From positions 5,084,001-5,148,000 of the forward strand of contig NC_092673.1 of NCBI RefSeq assembly GCF_964355755.1: 64,000 bases of DNA, written 5' to 3'. The translations under genes and the position numbers were made by a program. Position 1 is the stretch's first letter, and every line of letters starts with the position of its first letter. Shown piece by piece: positions 39,701 through 50,350 of this stretch. The notes under the pieces were generated by a model that had not been told where the DNA came from, made no database searches, and saw only the letters and a list, made by a program, of their open reading frames with translations. The DNA comes from Antedon mediterranea. Its lineage: Eukaryota > Animalia > Echinodermata.

Positions 39701-42700
39701 TATATTCTTAAATCGGACGAATTAAGTGAGGTACCAAATCCTAAAGTAATATACTGCAACTACTGTAATATATACATATATACATATATATAAATCCAAA
39801 GGCAAATTACTAAAAAAATGACAATGCTGTGGGTATCAGTGGCTGGATCTTAATGGAGATACAAACAAAAAAACACAAAAAAGCTAAATCAAAACGATAA
39901 AGTAAAACAGCAAGAAAAGTTAGCAGAGCTTTCGGGCAACACTAGCCCTTCATCAGTGCAAGTGAAGGAAACGTATATATATATATATACATCAGGCAAT
40001 GAACATTAATTCTAAACCGCCCGGTGATATACTGAAATTTAATTAATTAATTTGAAACGATGAAGATGAGGAAATCTGTGAGAATGAGGAAAAGTCACCC
40101 CAACCGAGACTCGAACTCAGACCGTCTGCTTGATATGCAGTTGTCCTAACCATTAGACTACTGGGGCTTTCGTGGTATTGTTCAAACTCGATTGGATAGC
40201 GACTCTTTAACATTCTCGGCGTGGTACGGCGGAACAGCACTAGTCCTCAATTGTACGCACGCGCACCAGAGATCAATATCTATTAATCTAAATAAAAATG
40301 TCAAATATAAAGTGTTAAATCAATCCAATTGACAATATATAGCTTTCAACAAGATACTGTATATAATTTGGAGTAGCTTGAGTTGGATGGGACATATTCT
40401 AAAGCCTTGTCTACACTATCAAACTTTAGGCGACAAATATATGGACATGATGATGTCATATCACTACCATATTTGGGGATATCACAAACAATGGACCACC
40501 TACTGAAATGCCCACTTTTGAATCAGAGATGCACAGCAAAGACCTTGCTGAATTCAATGATGCTGCTCATGATTGTGTGCAGCTGTGGCTAAAACACAAT
40601 ATCTAATTTGTGGTTTCGATGAGAAGACTACCATATTTTGACACATTACACTATTTTTGTCAAAATAGTTTCATAGTGTAGACAGAGCTTTAGAAAAGAT
40701 CAACTAGTAAAGAGAGAATTTAAAGTTAGAGGTAGAAGAGAAAGAGGACTGCCAATGGCGACATGGAAAAATATGGTAAAGAAAGGAACATGATGCGGAA
40801 GACAGAAAGAAGTGAAGAGATAGTGTAGCAACCTGGAATAAGTGACAATCAGTAACCCCTTGGAAGAGGAAGAAAGCCGACTCAAATAAAAGACGATAAT
40901 TGGTTAATAGGGATTTTAAGAAACATTGACGGTTAGGGAAAGACTAAGGAGATTCTGTGTTCGCTGGAGTGTAAAATCATATAGACAGGTTCCATTTCTC
41001 AAAAAACGGCCTAGAAAACGAATCAAGAAGCATTTTTGGGTAGAAGCTGGTATCCACTTGGTTTAGGATATTTCGACCTCGCTGATTACGAATATGGCGG
41101 ATCCCAAGCGAAATTCGGCCATCTAAGCCCTTAATTTGCATAATTAAAAATGGCGGCCATTTTTTATAATTACCCTATATCTCGAGAACCACTAGTCACA
41201 GATAATTAATTTTGGTGTCAAAATGTTTTAAATATATGTTTTTATATTCACTTTAATGACACATTTTCTCAAAAAATTGATGCAAGTCGTATTTCTGACA
41301 TTTTGACCTTTGACCTTGATTTATCGTATCTCAGTAACCAATAATCGGAGAGACACGAAATAGGGCTCAAATTGTTCAGAAACTATACATTCATATTTAT
41401 TATAATGAAATGTTTTTACAAAAAATGGCCGATTCTACAACTATTGACCTTTGAACTATTAGTCAAATATAATAATATAATAATAATATAACTTTGAAAA
41501 TTGTGGTCTTATGAATTTTTTTTTCTTTTTAAATTGTTTAAAACATGTGTGTTTCTATCCAGTCTAATGGCATATTTTGTACAAGAATGGCCGATAGTAT
41601 GGTTATTGACCTTTTAACTACAGCATAGGCCTACTGTATACTAAATATAATATAATTGCATAACTATGAAATTATTTATACACAATAATAATTAGTAAAA
41701 TTATAAAATTCACTGCCATCAAATATGATGTGTTATGATTTATATAGATTTAAAAAGGAATTTGAATACGCAAGTTACATTTTTTGAAATTTGAAATTTG
41801 AAATTACCTGCCATCAATATGATGGAGTGTGCTTATAGATTTTCTAAAATGTGAACATGTCAGCTACATTTGGAAATTACCTGCCATCAATATGATGGAT
41901 TATGATTATAGATTTAAATAAAAATTTGAACACGTAACCTACATTAGAAAATTACCTGCTATCAATATGATGGATTATGATTATAGATTTAAAAAAGAAT
42001 TTGAACACGTCAGCTACATTTGGAAATTTGGAAATTACCTGCCATCAATATGATGGATTATGATTGTATAGTACCTGCCATCAATATGATGGATTATGAT
42101 TATAGAATTAAAAAAGAATTTGAACACGTCAGCTACATTTGGAAATTGGGAAATTACCTGCCATCAATATGATGGATTATGATTATAGATTTTAAAAAGA
42201 ATTTGAACACGTAAGCTACATTTGGAAATTTGGAAATTACCTGCCATCAATATGATGGATTATGATTGTATAGTACCTGCCATCAATATGATGGATTATG
42301 ATTATAGATTTAAAAAAGAATTTGAACACGTAAGCTACATTTGAAAATTACTTGCCATCAATATGATGGATTATGATTGTATAGATTTAAAAGAAAATGT
42401 GAACACGTACGTAAGCTACATTTGGAATGAACATGTTAAGGGCATCAGTTAAGATCATTCATGCAAAGGTTTCCGTCATCTTTAGCGTTGTTACAGCGGC
42501 ATAAAGCTGTACATGGTAGTTTTGACTTCTTGCACCTACATCTATTGGTTATGTATCGTGTCTTGCATCCACAATAAATCATCTCTAACGAAGCAGTAGG
42601 AATAGCTTCATTTTTCAGAAGCACTGGTTGAAGTTTACCATTAGATAGCTCCCAACCAAAATATGTTGGTGATGGCAAATGCTGGATTGGCGATACAGCT

Positions 42701-45700
42701 TTTTTCCATACGAGTGCTTGGAAGTGTGCTCTTTTTATATGTTGGTGCACTGCATCGCTTGGTGGAGGTAATGCCTTTTTTTTTTAAAGCCTAACTTTAT
42801 TGGTACTTTTAACTTGACCAACACCGTAAACGTAGCAAATGAATCTTTCCGATTTCATAATAACTTGGTCACTGATCGGTTTTCTCCCAGGTCTTTAATT
42901 AGTTCATACCTTTTTTTAATACTTCTCATGCCGATGCCTTTGAGTGACCACTTAGATATGAGCAGTGAAGAGTTAAATTACTGTATGTATGTATTAATGT
43001 AATTTAACTCTTCCCTGGATATGAGGTAGTATCGCATCCACTAATAGTGTGGAATGGAATCAGTGCTTTTGCAGAACCCTCGGGCAAGGCTTGAAAAATG
43101 TCTTTTATAGATACTTTCTTTTTTTGGATGTCCCTGTCATCATCCATTTGGATACCATGCTTTGGTAGTGAGACACTAGAATCACTAGTACGTCTGTATC
43201 CCTAGAAGCAACTACAACTGTGTCGTATCGGACATTGGCAGCATGACAAGTCTCGTGTCCGATTCTTCATGGTCTGACCAGAGACAACGTATTCGTGTAC
43301 AATTTTGATGATTTAACAACTGATTCTTTCATAAATGCACCAGCTGTGACAATTTCTTTGTCTATAGGAGCTTGACGAATCAACTCCTCTGATAGAAATC
43401 GTGTCAGATCTGCATTATTATCTTGTAATGCCAACAAGTTTGACCAGCAATTTGGCAGCGGTATTTCACCACTTTCTATAATTCGACGAATTGGTCTCTG
43501 TGTTTTGGTTCATCTTTGTCTGGTGGTGTCCTTTATCGACAGTTTTAAGTTAGGCATGCCATGTTTAAAAAAAAAAAAAAATTACCTCCAACAAGCGATG
43601 CAGTGCACCAGCATCATATAAAAAGAGCACACTTCCAAGCACTCGTATTGAAAAAAGCTGTATCGCCAATCCAGCATTTGCCATCACCAACATATTTTGG
43701 TTGGAAGCTATCTAATGGTAAACTTTAACCAGTGCTTCTGAAAATGAAGCTATTCCTACTGCTTCGTTAGAGATGATTTATTGTGGATGCAAGACACGAT
43801 GCATAACCATATAGATGTAGGTGCAAAAAGTCAAAACTACCATGTACAGCTTTAATATGCTACTGTAACAACGCTAAAGATGACGGAAACCTTTGCATGA
43901 ATGATCAAAACTGATGCCCTTAACATGTTCATCCCAATGTAGCTTACGTGTTCACTATTCTTTCAAACCTATACAATTATAATCCATCATATTGATGGCA
44001 GGTAATTTCCAAATTTCCAAATGTGGCTGACGTGTTCAAATTCTTTTTTAATTCTATAATCATAATCCATCATATTGATGGCTGGTACTATACAATCATA
44101 ATCCATCATATTGATGGCAGGTAATTTCCAAATGTAGCTGACGTGTTCAAATCCTTTTTTAAATCTATAATCATAATCCATCATATTGATGGCAGGTAAT
44201 TTTCTAATGTAGCTTATGTGTTCAAATTCTTTTTTAAATCTATAATCATAATCCATCATATTGATGGCAGGTAATTTCCAAATGTAGCTGACATGTTCAC
44301 ATTTAAAAAAATCTATAATCATACTCCATCATATTGATGGCAGGTAATTTTAAATTTCAACAAATGTAACTTGCGTGTTCAATTTTTTTTTTAAATCTAT
44401 ATAAATCATAACACATCATATTTGATGGCAGTGAATTTTATAATTTTACTAATTATTATTGAGTATAAATAATTTCATAGTTATGCAATTATATTATATT
44501 ATATTCAGTATACAGTAGGCCTATGCTGTAGTTTAAAGGTCAATAACCATACTATCGGCCATTCTTGTACAAAATGTGCCATTAGACTGTATAGAAACAC
44601 ACATGTTTTAAACAATTTAAAAAGAAAAAAAAATTCATAAGACCACAATTTTCAAAGTTATATTATTATTATATTATTATATTTGACTAATAGTTCAAAG
44701 GTCAATAGTTGTAGAATCGGCCATTTTTTGTAAAAACATTTCATTATAATAAATAAGAATGTATAGTTTCTGAACAATTTGAGCCCTATTTCGTGTCTCT
44801 CCGATTATTGGTTACTGAGATACGATAAATCAAGGTCAAAGGTCAAAATGTCAGAAATACGACTTGCATCAATTTATTGAGAAAATGTGTCATTAAAGTG
44901 AATATAAAAACATATATTTAAAACATTTTGACACCAAAATTAATTATCTGTGACTAGTGGTTCTCGAGATATAGGGTAATTATAAAAAATGGCCGCCATT
45001 TTTAATTATGCAAATTAAGGGCTTAGATGGCCGAATTTCGCTTGGGATCCGCCATATTCGTAATCAGCGAGGTCAAAATATCCTAAATCAAGTGGATCCC
45101 AGCTTCTACCCAAAAATGCTTCTTACATCATATTTCAGAGGAAATAGAACTTGTCTAATAGACAAAATAGCCGTTTTATTAGTTACACACGCTTGCTCGA
45201 CGATGACAGGCAGAGACTATGCCTTACTACTATAAAGGCCTAGCTACTACTAACCAATATTATGTCTATTAGCATTCACTTTACTTACCTGGCTTGAATG
45301 GATTTACAATGCAACTTGTGTGAAGGCCAGTGTTTCTGTTGACATGCTTGTGTGCAATATTTACTCTTGCACGCTGAGCAACATCGCATTCCTACAGTTT
45401 AGTAAGCGTGAAACATTCTGTTATTATCAACTAACTTTTTTAAGTGTTTTAAGAAACGTAATCAAATTAAGAATTTCAAATTATACATATTTGAAAACGA
45501 TGGTTAAGGGTGACAGCATGACTGAAGAACTAATTTTTTTTTTTTATGAAATTTATCTTACCTGGACGTCCACAGTTGAGGCAAGGAGCAATAGTTGTTG
45601 TTCCAGCGCCGTCAAAATGCTGGCTTTTACTAACAACTTCTTGTTGGCCCTTTGAAACACTTGTGTCAACCACAGAAACATTCTCACTTGGCTGCACTTC

Positions 45701-48535
45701 CTTTTGATCTAAACTACTATGTCTGGATCTTTGAATTTGCGCCGACACGTTCTTTAAATCCTCAGCCTCAAGTTCCCCGAGATTGAGTCCAGTGCTGTGA
45801 ACATTAACTACAGTGTCATTTAACGTTCCCGAAAACTGAGCATTGTCCGTCTTGAGAACGAGCGGTTTATCGCTCATACGCACCTTACGTTGATTACTCT
45901 CTACACGAACCTGAATTAGCATAGCACCTTGACTTTTGAATGAAAATGTTTTTTTAAGATTTGGTTGCGCATCTCGTTTCGTTTCTTCTCGCGCATGATC
46001 TACGTCACTACGATCACTCGAAGACATTTCTCGGCTACCATACCGATTGTCCATTCTACGGGGACTACGACTACTGCTTTGCGATTCACCTCCGCTGAAG
46101 TGGAAAGCGTTATCTGACCCTTCGTTCTAAAGAATAACAAAAAATGTTTGTTTAAAAATCCGATAAGAATTTGGTGCAGGGTCAGGCAGAGGTACGGAAG
46201 ATTACATCCAGACTTTAGGGCCAGATCGTCTTATGCTTTGAGCATGATGGCCCAGTATTAGATTCGAACCCAAGAAAGCAGCAGGTATTCTCAAATGTAC
46301 TTGATATGAAGTAATTAAGATATTAAGCAAACATGTAACCAATTAACTGAGCTCCCTGATGCAAAGCTACTTCAGATATTATCATGTATGCTCAGTTTGT
46401 ATTAAATTGTCTAAAGCTCTGTCTACACTATCAAAAAAAGTGTGACGTTCCCAAATATGGTATTGATATGCCCAAATATGGTAGTGATATGACATCATCA
46501 TGTCCATATATGAGCACATCACATATTTTGCCACATAAAGTTTGATGTGTAGACAGAGCTTTATTCGATGGGGTCAACCATCTTCCTGCAGTACCAGAAC
46601 AGATACAGTAGAACTGAAAATCCACTATTGATACTTACCTTCAGATACATTTCCGTATCTCTGGCAACTCTCAGTTTGAGTGTTTGACTTCCAACTTGGT
46701 AGTTGTTCAACTGTGTGTGAGCCTTGCTGAGTTCACTAACGGTTGACATTCCAACAAAACTATAACAAATTTACAAAATTAATCATATAGCCTACGACTA
46801 CTCCAAACATAAGAAAGCTATTACTCTGTCAGTTAGTAATGTTTGTAATCAGGGTTGTCTTGGTTTCTTTAAAAGACTATAAAAGAAGATCGCTCACCCA
46901 AAAGTTGTTTCAGTGTCCTGTCGATCAGATTTGCAAATTTTGCAGGAGACAACTTTTCCAGCTCTTGAAAACAGATTTGTTAATCCCTCCTAAAAAATTT
47001 ATTATATTATAAAAATTATAAACTTTATTTTATTTTGTATATCTTTTCATATTGTTACGGATAAACATAGAGATAGGAACTGAACAACTAGAACTAAAGA
47101 AAATCCATAACGAATGCAATACAAGACCTAACAAATTGAAAGCTAGAGAATTTTAATTTGAAATTATTTATGGTAGTCCGGACCTTTCGATTTTGCGCCA
47201 ACCGAGGTAGTCTTATGGAGTTTTGGTTCGGCAATTTTATGTCTGGTCCAAATAACAATCCTTATTGTATTACAGATTTAATGTAATAACTATTTGTATA
47301 GCTCGTTTCACAAACAATGTTATCTCGATTAAAAAAAAAAACCCAAGAAACGGCCTAATTAACAACAGAACAGAAACAAAAAGATGCAATTTCAGTTTCT
47401 CCAAAAAAAAAAATGCTGAGATATATTTGACTGTTGCTGCCCACCTGAGGGAGCGGTCATGGACGATACCACTGTCTTGGAGGAGAATACTAAGAATATT
47501 TATTCTTTTCGATACGTTCTCCCTCGAGAGGGAAAAGCTTTATGTTGGTTTATCCAGGTAAGATAGTCAAGTGACAGACAGTGAAATGGAGGTTGTTTCT
47601 TGAATGCTAGATAGATCATAGCTGGTATTGAATTATTCCTTTGGGTATCATGAAAAAAAATTTAAATTTGTATTATAGAGCTGGTCAATGACAAATGACA
47701 TGTAAGAAATTGAAAGCTTCTGGGAGGGTTTGGTTCAAATCATATGCTGATCATCTACAACAAGAATTTACCTGGGTCATCTGTTTTGGGATTCCTGATA
47801 CATAAAACTGAAATCCAGTGTGACGCACAAGTCTGTCATATTCTTGATTACCTTTTTTGGCACTCATACTGATATGTGGAGATACACAAATAGAAGTTAA
47901 TTGTAAATTAATTTTTATAACATATTGGTAAGTATAAGAAAATATATGAGAAAATTACAGGCCCTCCAAAATTACCTAGAGTAATTTTTTCTGAAGAGTC
48001 AAAAGCATAGCATGGTGTGTACATACAGAATTGCTTAATCGATACTCTAAATACGATAACACTAAAAATGAAATAGTACATACTTTCCTGGAAGACCGGT
48101 CTCATAAGAATTGAATTTATCATCGTTAAATTCATCCTTCATGGGATTCCAATTGTTAAGTTGAGAAGGTGACCTATAAGAAATAAAAGCATGTGACAGG
48201 TTTCTCAAACTAGGCAGCATAAGGCGTCTTTATTTTTATATATATTTAAGCAAATTGCCAAGAATAGCCATAAGCGAATTCATTCACTCTTTGGGAGTAG
48301 AGTTGTCATTTGTCAAAACTCCTGACATATGACAGGACTTGACCCCAGGACCCTTGGATTGGTAGCCAAGCATTAAAACCACCAAGCCACAACTCCACTC
48401 CACAAAATGTTCTTAATTATCATTTAAACTTGTTCTGAATTTGTTCGTCTCCATCTACATTTTTATGTTTTGTTTTTTATCAAATGTTAATGTTATAATA
48501 CATAGTTTATTTATTTAATGTACTTACTTCTCCAT
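24735..48535 (-). CDS. TDRD1: Tudor domain-containing protein 1-like piRNA-pathway factor (RRM + zf-MYND + 4 extended Tudor), ~1295 aa (~1502 aa if the SGNH exon is included)
   Basis: Phase-consistent GT-AG exons: 48535-48528, 48173-48084, 47868-47772, 46989-46898, 46759-46639, 46126-45562, 45391-45289, 39609-39519, 36213-36073, 35732-35559, 35133-34965, 34597-34354, 33947-32837, 32330-32195, 31593-31474, [31099-30479 optional], 30132-30019, 29462-29289, 28675-28509, 24905-24735 (TGA). Four WYR...DYG Tudor cores, a MYND finger, and head-to-head with CCDC186 as in human. Confidence 0.88.
25741..27621 (+). CDS. Non-LTR retrotransposon ORF2 reverse transcriptase, 5'-truncated (CR1/L2-group)
   Basis: 626-codon open frame with SPGHDGI, NYRPISIL, QYGFR, FLDLSKAFDT, GVPQGSILGPLLF, YADDT, KFLG motifs; no endonuclease domain. 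Confidence 0.95.
   Translation: MGTYIHFRNKLTTTIRNRKKEYYMVQFERNKQDIKKTWTILNDIMGRKKTTNLPTKIKLGTETFSDNDEKADAFNSFFINIGEKLNNKFRHESQNEEITHRTFLKRNFTSSMFFKPVTEHELNHYIKNTKNTSPGHDGISAQLIKSASPFILKPLLHIINTSLSSGCVPADIKIAKVIPVFKNGDISDINNYRPISILPFFSKIFERIVYDQTICYLSKYNVLSKTQYGFRQHHSTSHALIQSIEKITNAIENKEFTLGVFLDLSKAFDTIDHDILLDKLRFYGIRGVPLNWFSNYLKKRLQYTFIVNTASSKMTVNTGVPQGSILGPLLFLIFINDISLACNHVDMIMYADDTNVFYSHNDITQAFDTMNQELSILSDWFIANKLTLNVNKSKYVIFKARNKSADTTSLELRMGNECIVKATEVKFLGLFLDETLSFNFHVNEVANSISRIIGVLNKVKSMLSSKILLTVYNALILPRITYAITVWGATSATNLNRIHILQKKALRNICHVHFMHPSHPLFISTQTLNIFDLYTKHTAIFMYQYKHNLLPESFNNLFSTSASFHNYSTRNRSNYCPQLKRTKVGQQCISYQGTHIWNNLTDYIKQSPTLSLFKQRLKQYYNNRNI
25750..27815 (+). mobile_element. 5'-truncated LINE in the last TDRD1 intron, antisense to the host gene
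   Basis: RT ORF, T-rich 3' UTR, AATAAA at ~27789 and a short (GAATT)n tail. Confidence 0.9.
28304..28450 (+). mobile_element. Short 3' remnant of RTE-type LINE
   Basis: Encodes TTWMVNIKKD...AQKRTEWR-like C-terminus (frameshifted), (GAT)n tail, 12-bp TSD AGATTGACAATT at 28292-28303 and 28451-28462. Confidence 0.65.
28509..31593 (-). CDS. TDRD1: TDRD1 extended Tudor domain 4 exons (31593-31474, 30132-30019, 29462-29289, 28675-28509)
   Basis: ATVMYVVSPSEFYC...PRKGEMCCSIFAEDQSWYRALV...VQYVDYGN...AIKCCLAG...WSEGA. Confidence 0.88.
30479..31099 (-). CDS. SGNH/GDSL esterase domain of LINE ORF1 type; candidate in-frame cassette exon of TDRD1
   Basis: Motifs LIISDSIVR, CLRG, IIHGSTND, GLHLSRVG; acceptor TTTTTCTATTAG| before 31099 and donor TG|GTGAGG after 30479; 621 nt, phase 1-1 matching both neighbouring exons. 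Confidence 0.7.
32837..33947 (-). CDS. TDRD1: TDRD1 large exon: Tudor 2 core, S/Q/N-rich linker, Tudor 3
   Basis: CATKFVDNYWYRG...VLYVDYGN and CIAKFSDDYWYRA...VKFIDYGN in the 373-aa ORF; acceptor TATAG|, donor AAG|GTTTGT. Confidence 0.93.
34735..34870 (-). mobile_element. Degenerate tRNA-derived SINE (V/Nin-domain-like)
   Basis: Minus strand TGGCCTAGCGGTTAAGAC...GGTTCGAG head followed by agtcttctcggata..gactataaaccgtaggtcc. Confidence 0.5.
34965..36213 (-). CDS. TDRD1: TDRD1 extended Tudor domain 1 exons (36213-36073, 35732-35559, 35133-34965)
   Basis: HLVSPDEIWIQ...PKVGTLCAATTDEEWYRG...VRLIDYGD...ASPCKLVDIEPIDGKWSTEA. Confidence 0.88.
36445..38746. mobile_element. Non-autonomous DNA transposon, TIR CTGGG(T/C)T(A/C)GCACT
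   Basis: Inverted ends, TTAGCC/TTCGCC/TGGCGA subterminal repeats at both ends, TAATA duplicated on both flanks; superfamily unresolved. Confidence 0.6.
37640..38474. mobile_element. Harbinger-like non-autonomous element nested in the previous element
   Basis: TIR AGCCCCTTTCTCACAGA, ATA on both flanks; internal minus-strand MSNWRDNEIRELLKIR resembles the start of a Myb/trihelix ORF. Confidence 0.7.
39788..39965 (-). mobile_element. Penelope-like element terminal repeat fragment in a (TA)n tract
   Basis: Second, inverted copy at 59902-60058; contains a hammerhead core; TA-microsatellite flanks. Confidence 0.65.
39923..39959 (-). ncRNA. Minimal type I hammerhead ribozyme-like motif
   Basis: GCA-CUGAUGA-A-GGGC-UAGUGUU-GCCC-GAA-AGCU-C-UGC: core boxes, 4-bp stem II, palindromic stem III, only a 3-bp stem I. 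Confidence 0.6.
40096..40167 (-). pseudogene. tRNA-like sequence (Asp-derived, anticodon ATC); pseudogene or repeat head
   Basis: GCCCCAGTAGTCTAATGGTTAGGACAACTGCATATCAAGCAGACGGTCTGAGTTCGAGTCTCGGTTGGGGTG folds as a 72-nt cloverleaf with A/B boxes; anticodon arm is non-canonical. Confidence 0.6.
41710..42425. repeat. Minisatellite array in the left arm (mirrored at ~43935-44435)
   Basis: Units containing ctgccatcaatatgatggattatgattatag...gaatttgaacacgt.agctacatttggaaatt; more copies in the left arm than the right. Confidence 0.9.
42445..43530 (-). pseudogene. Decayed Academ transposase C-terminal region (nuclease + Cys-rich finger)
   Basis: ORF 42445-42750 (HQHIKRAHFQALVWK...GW...CGCK) plus frameshifted nuclease motifs at ~43050-43530; inverted decayed copy at ~43585-43915. 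Confidence 0.8.
45289..45590 (-). CDS. TDRD1: TDRD1 MYND zinc finger (split over exons 46126-45562 and 45391-45289)
   Basis: Spliced peptide CLNCGRPGMRCCSACKSKYCTQACQQKHWPSHKLHC. Confidence 0.9.
46639..47868 (-). CDS. TDRD1: TDRD1 N-terminal RRM (exons 47868-47772, 46989-46898, 46759-46639)
   Basis: FYVSGIPKQMTQEGLTNLFSRAGKVVSCKI...TFGFVGM...AHTQLNNYQVGSQTLKLRVA: RNP2, RNP1 and the terminal strand are present. Confidence 0.88.
48261..48390 (-). mobile_element. Degenerate tRNA-derived SINE
   Basis: Minus strand GTGGCTTGGTGGTT...GGGTCAAGTCC tRNA-like head. Confidence 0.45.
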
Positions 48536-50014
48536 TTTATTAACAATGTTCTGTGGCACTGTTAATCTAATATTATGACAGCTGCAAAAATAAAAAATAA
48601 TTTAAATTAAAAATTAGAGAAAATTGTCATATTATACTGTAGTTTCACAGAACCAGACCCTCAAATTAAAAAGTGCTAATATTCTGAATCAGTAATGGAG
48701 TTTACATCATTGTTTGAGATTTGTTTTCTCAACTCAAAAATACCACTATAAAATCATCATTTTCAGAAATAGCAATACAATAAATAATGAAATACAATAA
48801 ATAATTTACAAGAGTATAAAATGACATGATCTCAAAGAATCTAGGTCTGTGCGCGCGATCGACGTTCCGATACTATATTTAGAATGTTAACGATCTTTTT
48901 GTTGTCGGCATCGTTTCTGGATCGACTGGACGTTTTATTTTTAGAAGTTGGCCTCAGCATATACTATTACTACTACTAGTTCATTGTGGTTCACCGCGTG
49001 GTGCTATCATGCCTCTACCGTGGGAAATTTTTATTTATTTATATATTCGCCGTCGAGTTGAGTAGATAAAAAAAATGATTATGATTATCAATATTTATTA
49101 ATAAATGCTTCCGAATAATTTACAAATTGGTCCCCCGTCAGTCAAAATTGACTCATTAATAATATTTAATTGTGCACACCTTGTTACCTAAAAAAAAACA
49201 TCTTCATGCATTTTTTCCGACCTTATTATGAAATGTGTGGGTTTGACGGAGTAGCCGGAAACCCCACTACCCCCCATTTTTTTACTGGGGAGGGGGGGGG
49301 TCGCCGATCACCACTTATGACATGCTAGTAACATCCCTGAATTGTTACCTGTCACTAGTTTGTAGATCCTGACTGGGCCAGCGAGGGCTCTCTGTCACTT
49401 TATTCGATAACTTCGACGGTACAGAGTCAAAACAGTTCTCTTCTAAAGAAGGCCTAAATGAAAATGTTAATATAAGTAAATATATTTTAATTTAGTTTAC
49501 TGTTTAATTTAATTAACTCTTTATTTGCAGAATGCAAGACTAGGGATGCTGTATTGTAACCTTTGCTCTGGCTGCTAAAGGTATTTAGTGCCCTCTACAG
49601 TATATCGATCTATAATACTGTACTTTTGGTATTAAAAGTGGATATCCCTCTTTTTACACGTATAATGGACTACACCATGCAGGAACGCACATGGTATTTT
49701 CTTATCAGAGGGTGCATGTTCGTCAAAAGGAATTTGTTTTTCCAACGATCCTTCGTTCGGCTCTTCCTCGCAATCACGATTCGAACATACCACGTAATGT
49801 GAAATTTCGAGGAACGTATTTAGCTTGATTATTAAAAGTGTACACCCCTGTATTTTAATGTACTATCTATACTATGATTTACCACGATATTGTTTTTACA
49901 ATTACAAATATGTTCAATGTTTTGTCTAGGCGATGGAGTGCATGGATACCACCCTGCACATGTTTATTTTTAAAAAACCACATGGTTGATCGCGAAAAAC
50001 AAAAAGTTAACAAA

Positions 50015-50238
50015 TGTCGTATTCGATTGGGAACTTTCGTTGTCAACGTAAAGATTCGTTGAGTACTTTTTGTATTCGAATTGTAAATTTGTGCTCAACA
50101 GAAAGTCATTCGAATAGAAAACGTTGACAACGAAAGCTTTTTCGTTAAGAACAATCTCAACGCTCAAAATACTCCGTTAAAGAAGTACTCAACGGAAAAA
50201 CTGTACTCAACGGTGAAAGTCTAAATCGAATACGACAA
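50015..50238. mobile_element. MITE, TIR TGTCGTATTCGATT
   Basis: tgtcgtattcgatt ... aatcgaatacgaca with internal CGTTG/CAACG repeats. Confidence 0.6.
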
Positions 50239-50350
50239 TTGTTACGACAAGGAAGGTCAAGGACGACAAAGGTGGTCGAAATTTCCCCCAGAGACTGAAC
50301 TGATCATTTTGCTAATTCATTTCATTAAAATGGGCAGGCTACATGGCCGG

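Larger units (their letters stand above)
40982..45157. mobile_element. Academ (AcademX)-derived foldback DNA transposon, 4.18 kb
   Basis: 5'-TAGACA..TGTCTA-3' termini, ATA TSD (40979-40981 / 45158-45160); decayed XPG/PIN-like nuclease (SDHEESDTRL, VVVASRDTDVLVIL) and Cys-rich C-terminus (CGCK...RCRCKKSKLPCTALCRC); arms 41025-42788 and 43564-45124 are inverted copies. Confidence 0.85.

Noticed and set aside
40096-40167. Functional tRNA-Asp(ATC) gene
   Set aside because: Atypical anticodon, mismatched anticodon stem, purine at position 32 and repeat context; kept only as tRNA-like.
43987-44322. 111-aa repetitive ORF (LPAINMMDYDY)
   Set aside because: Translation of the minisatellite inside the Academ arm.
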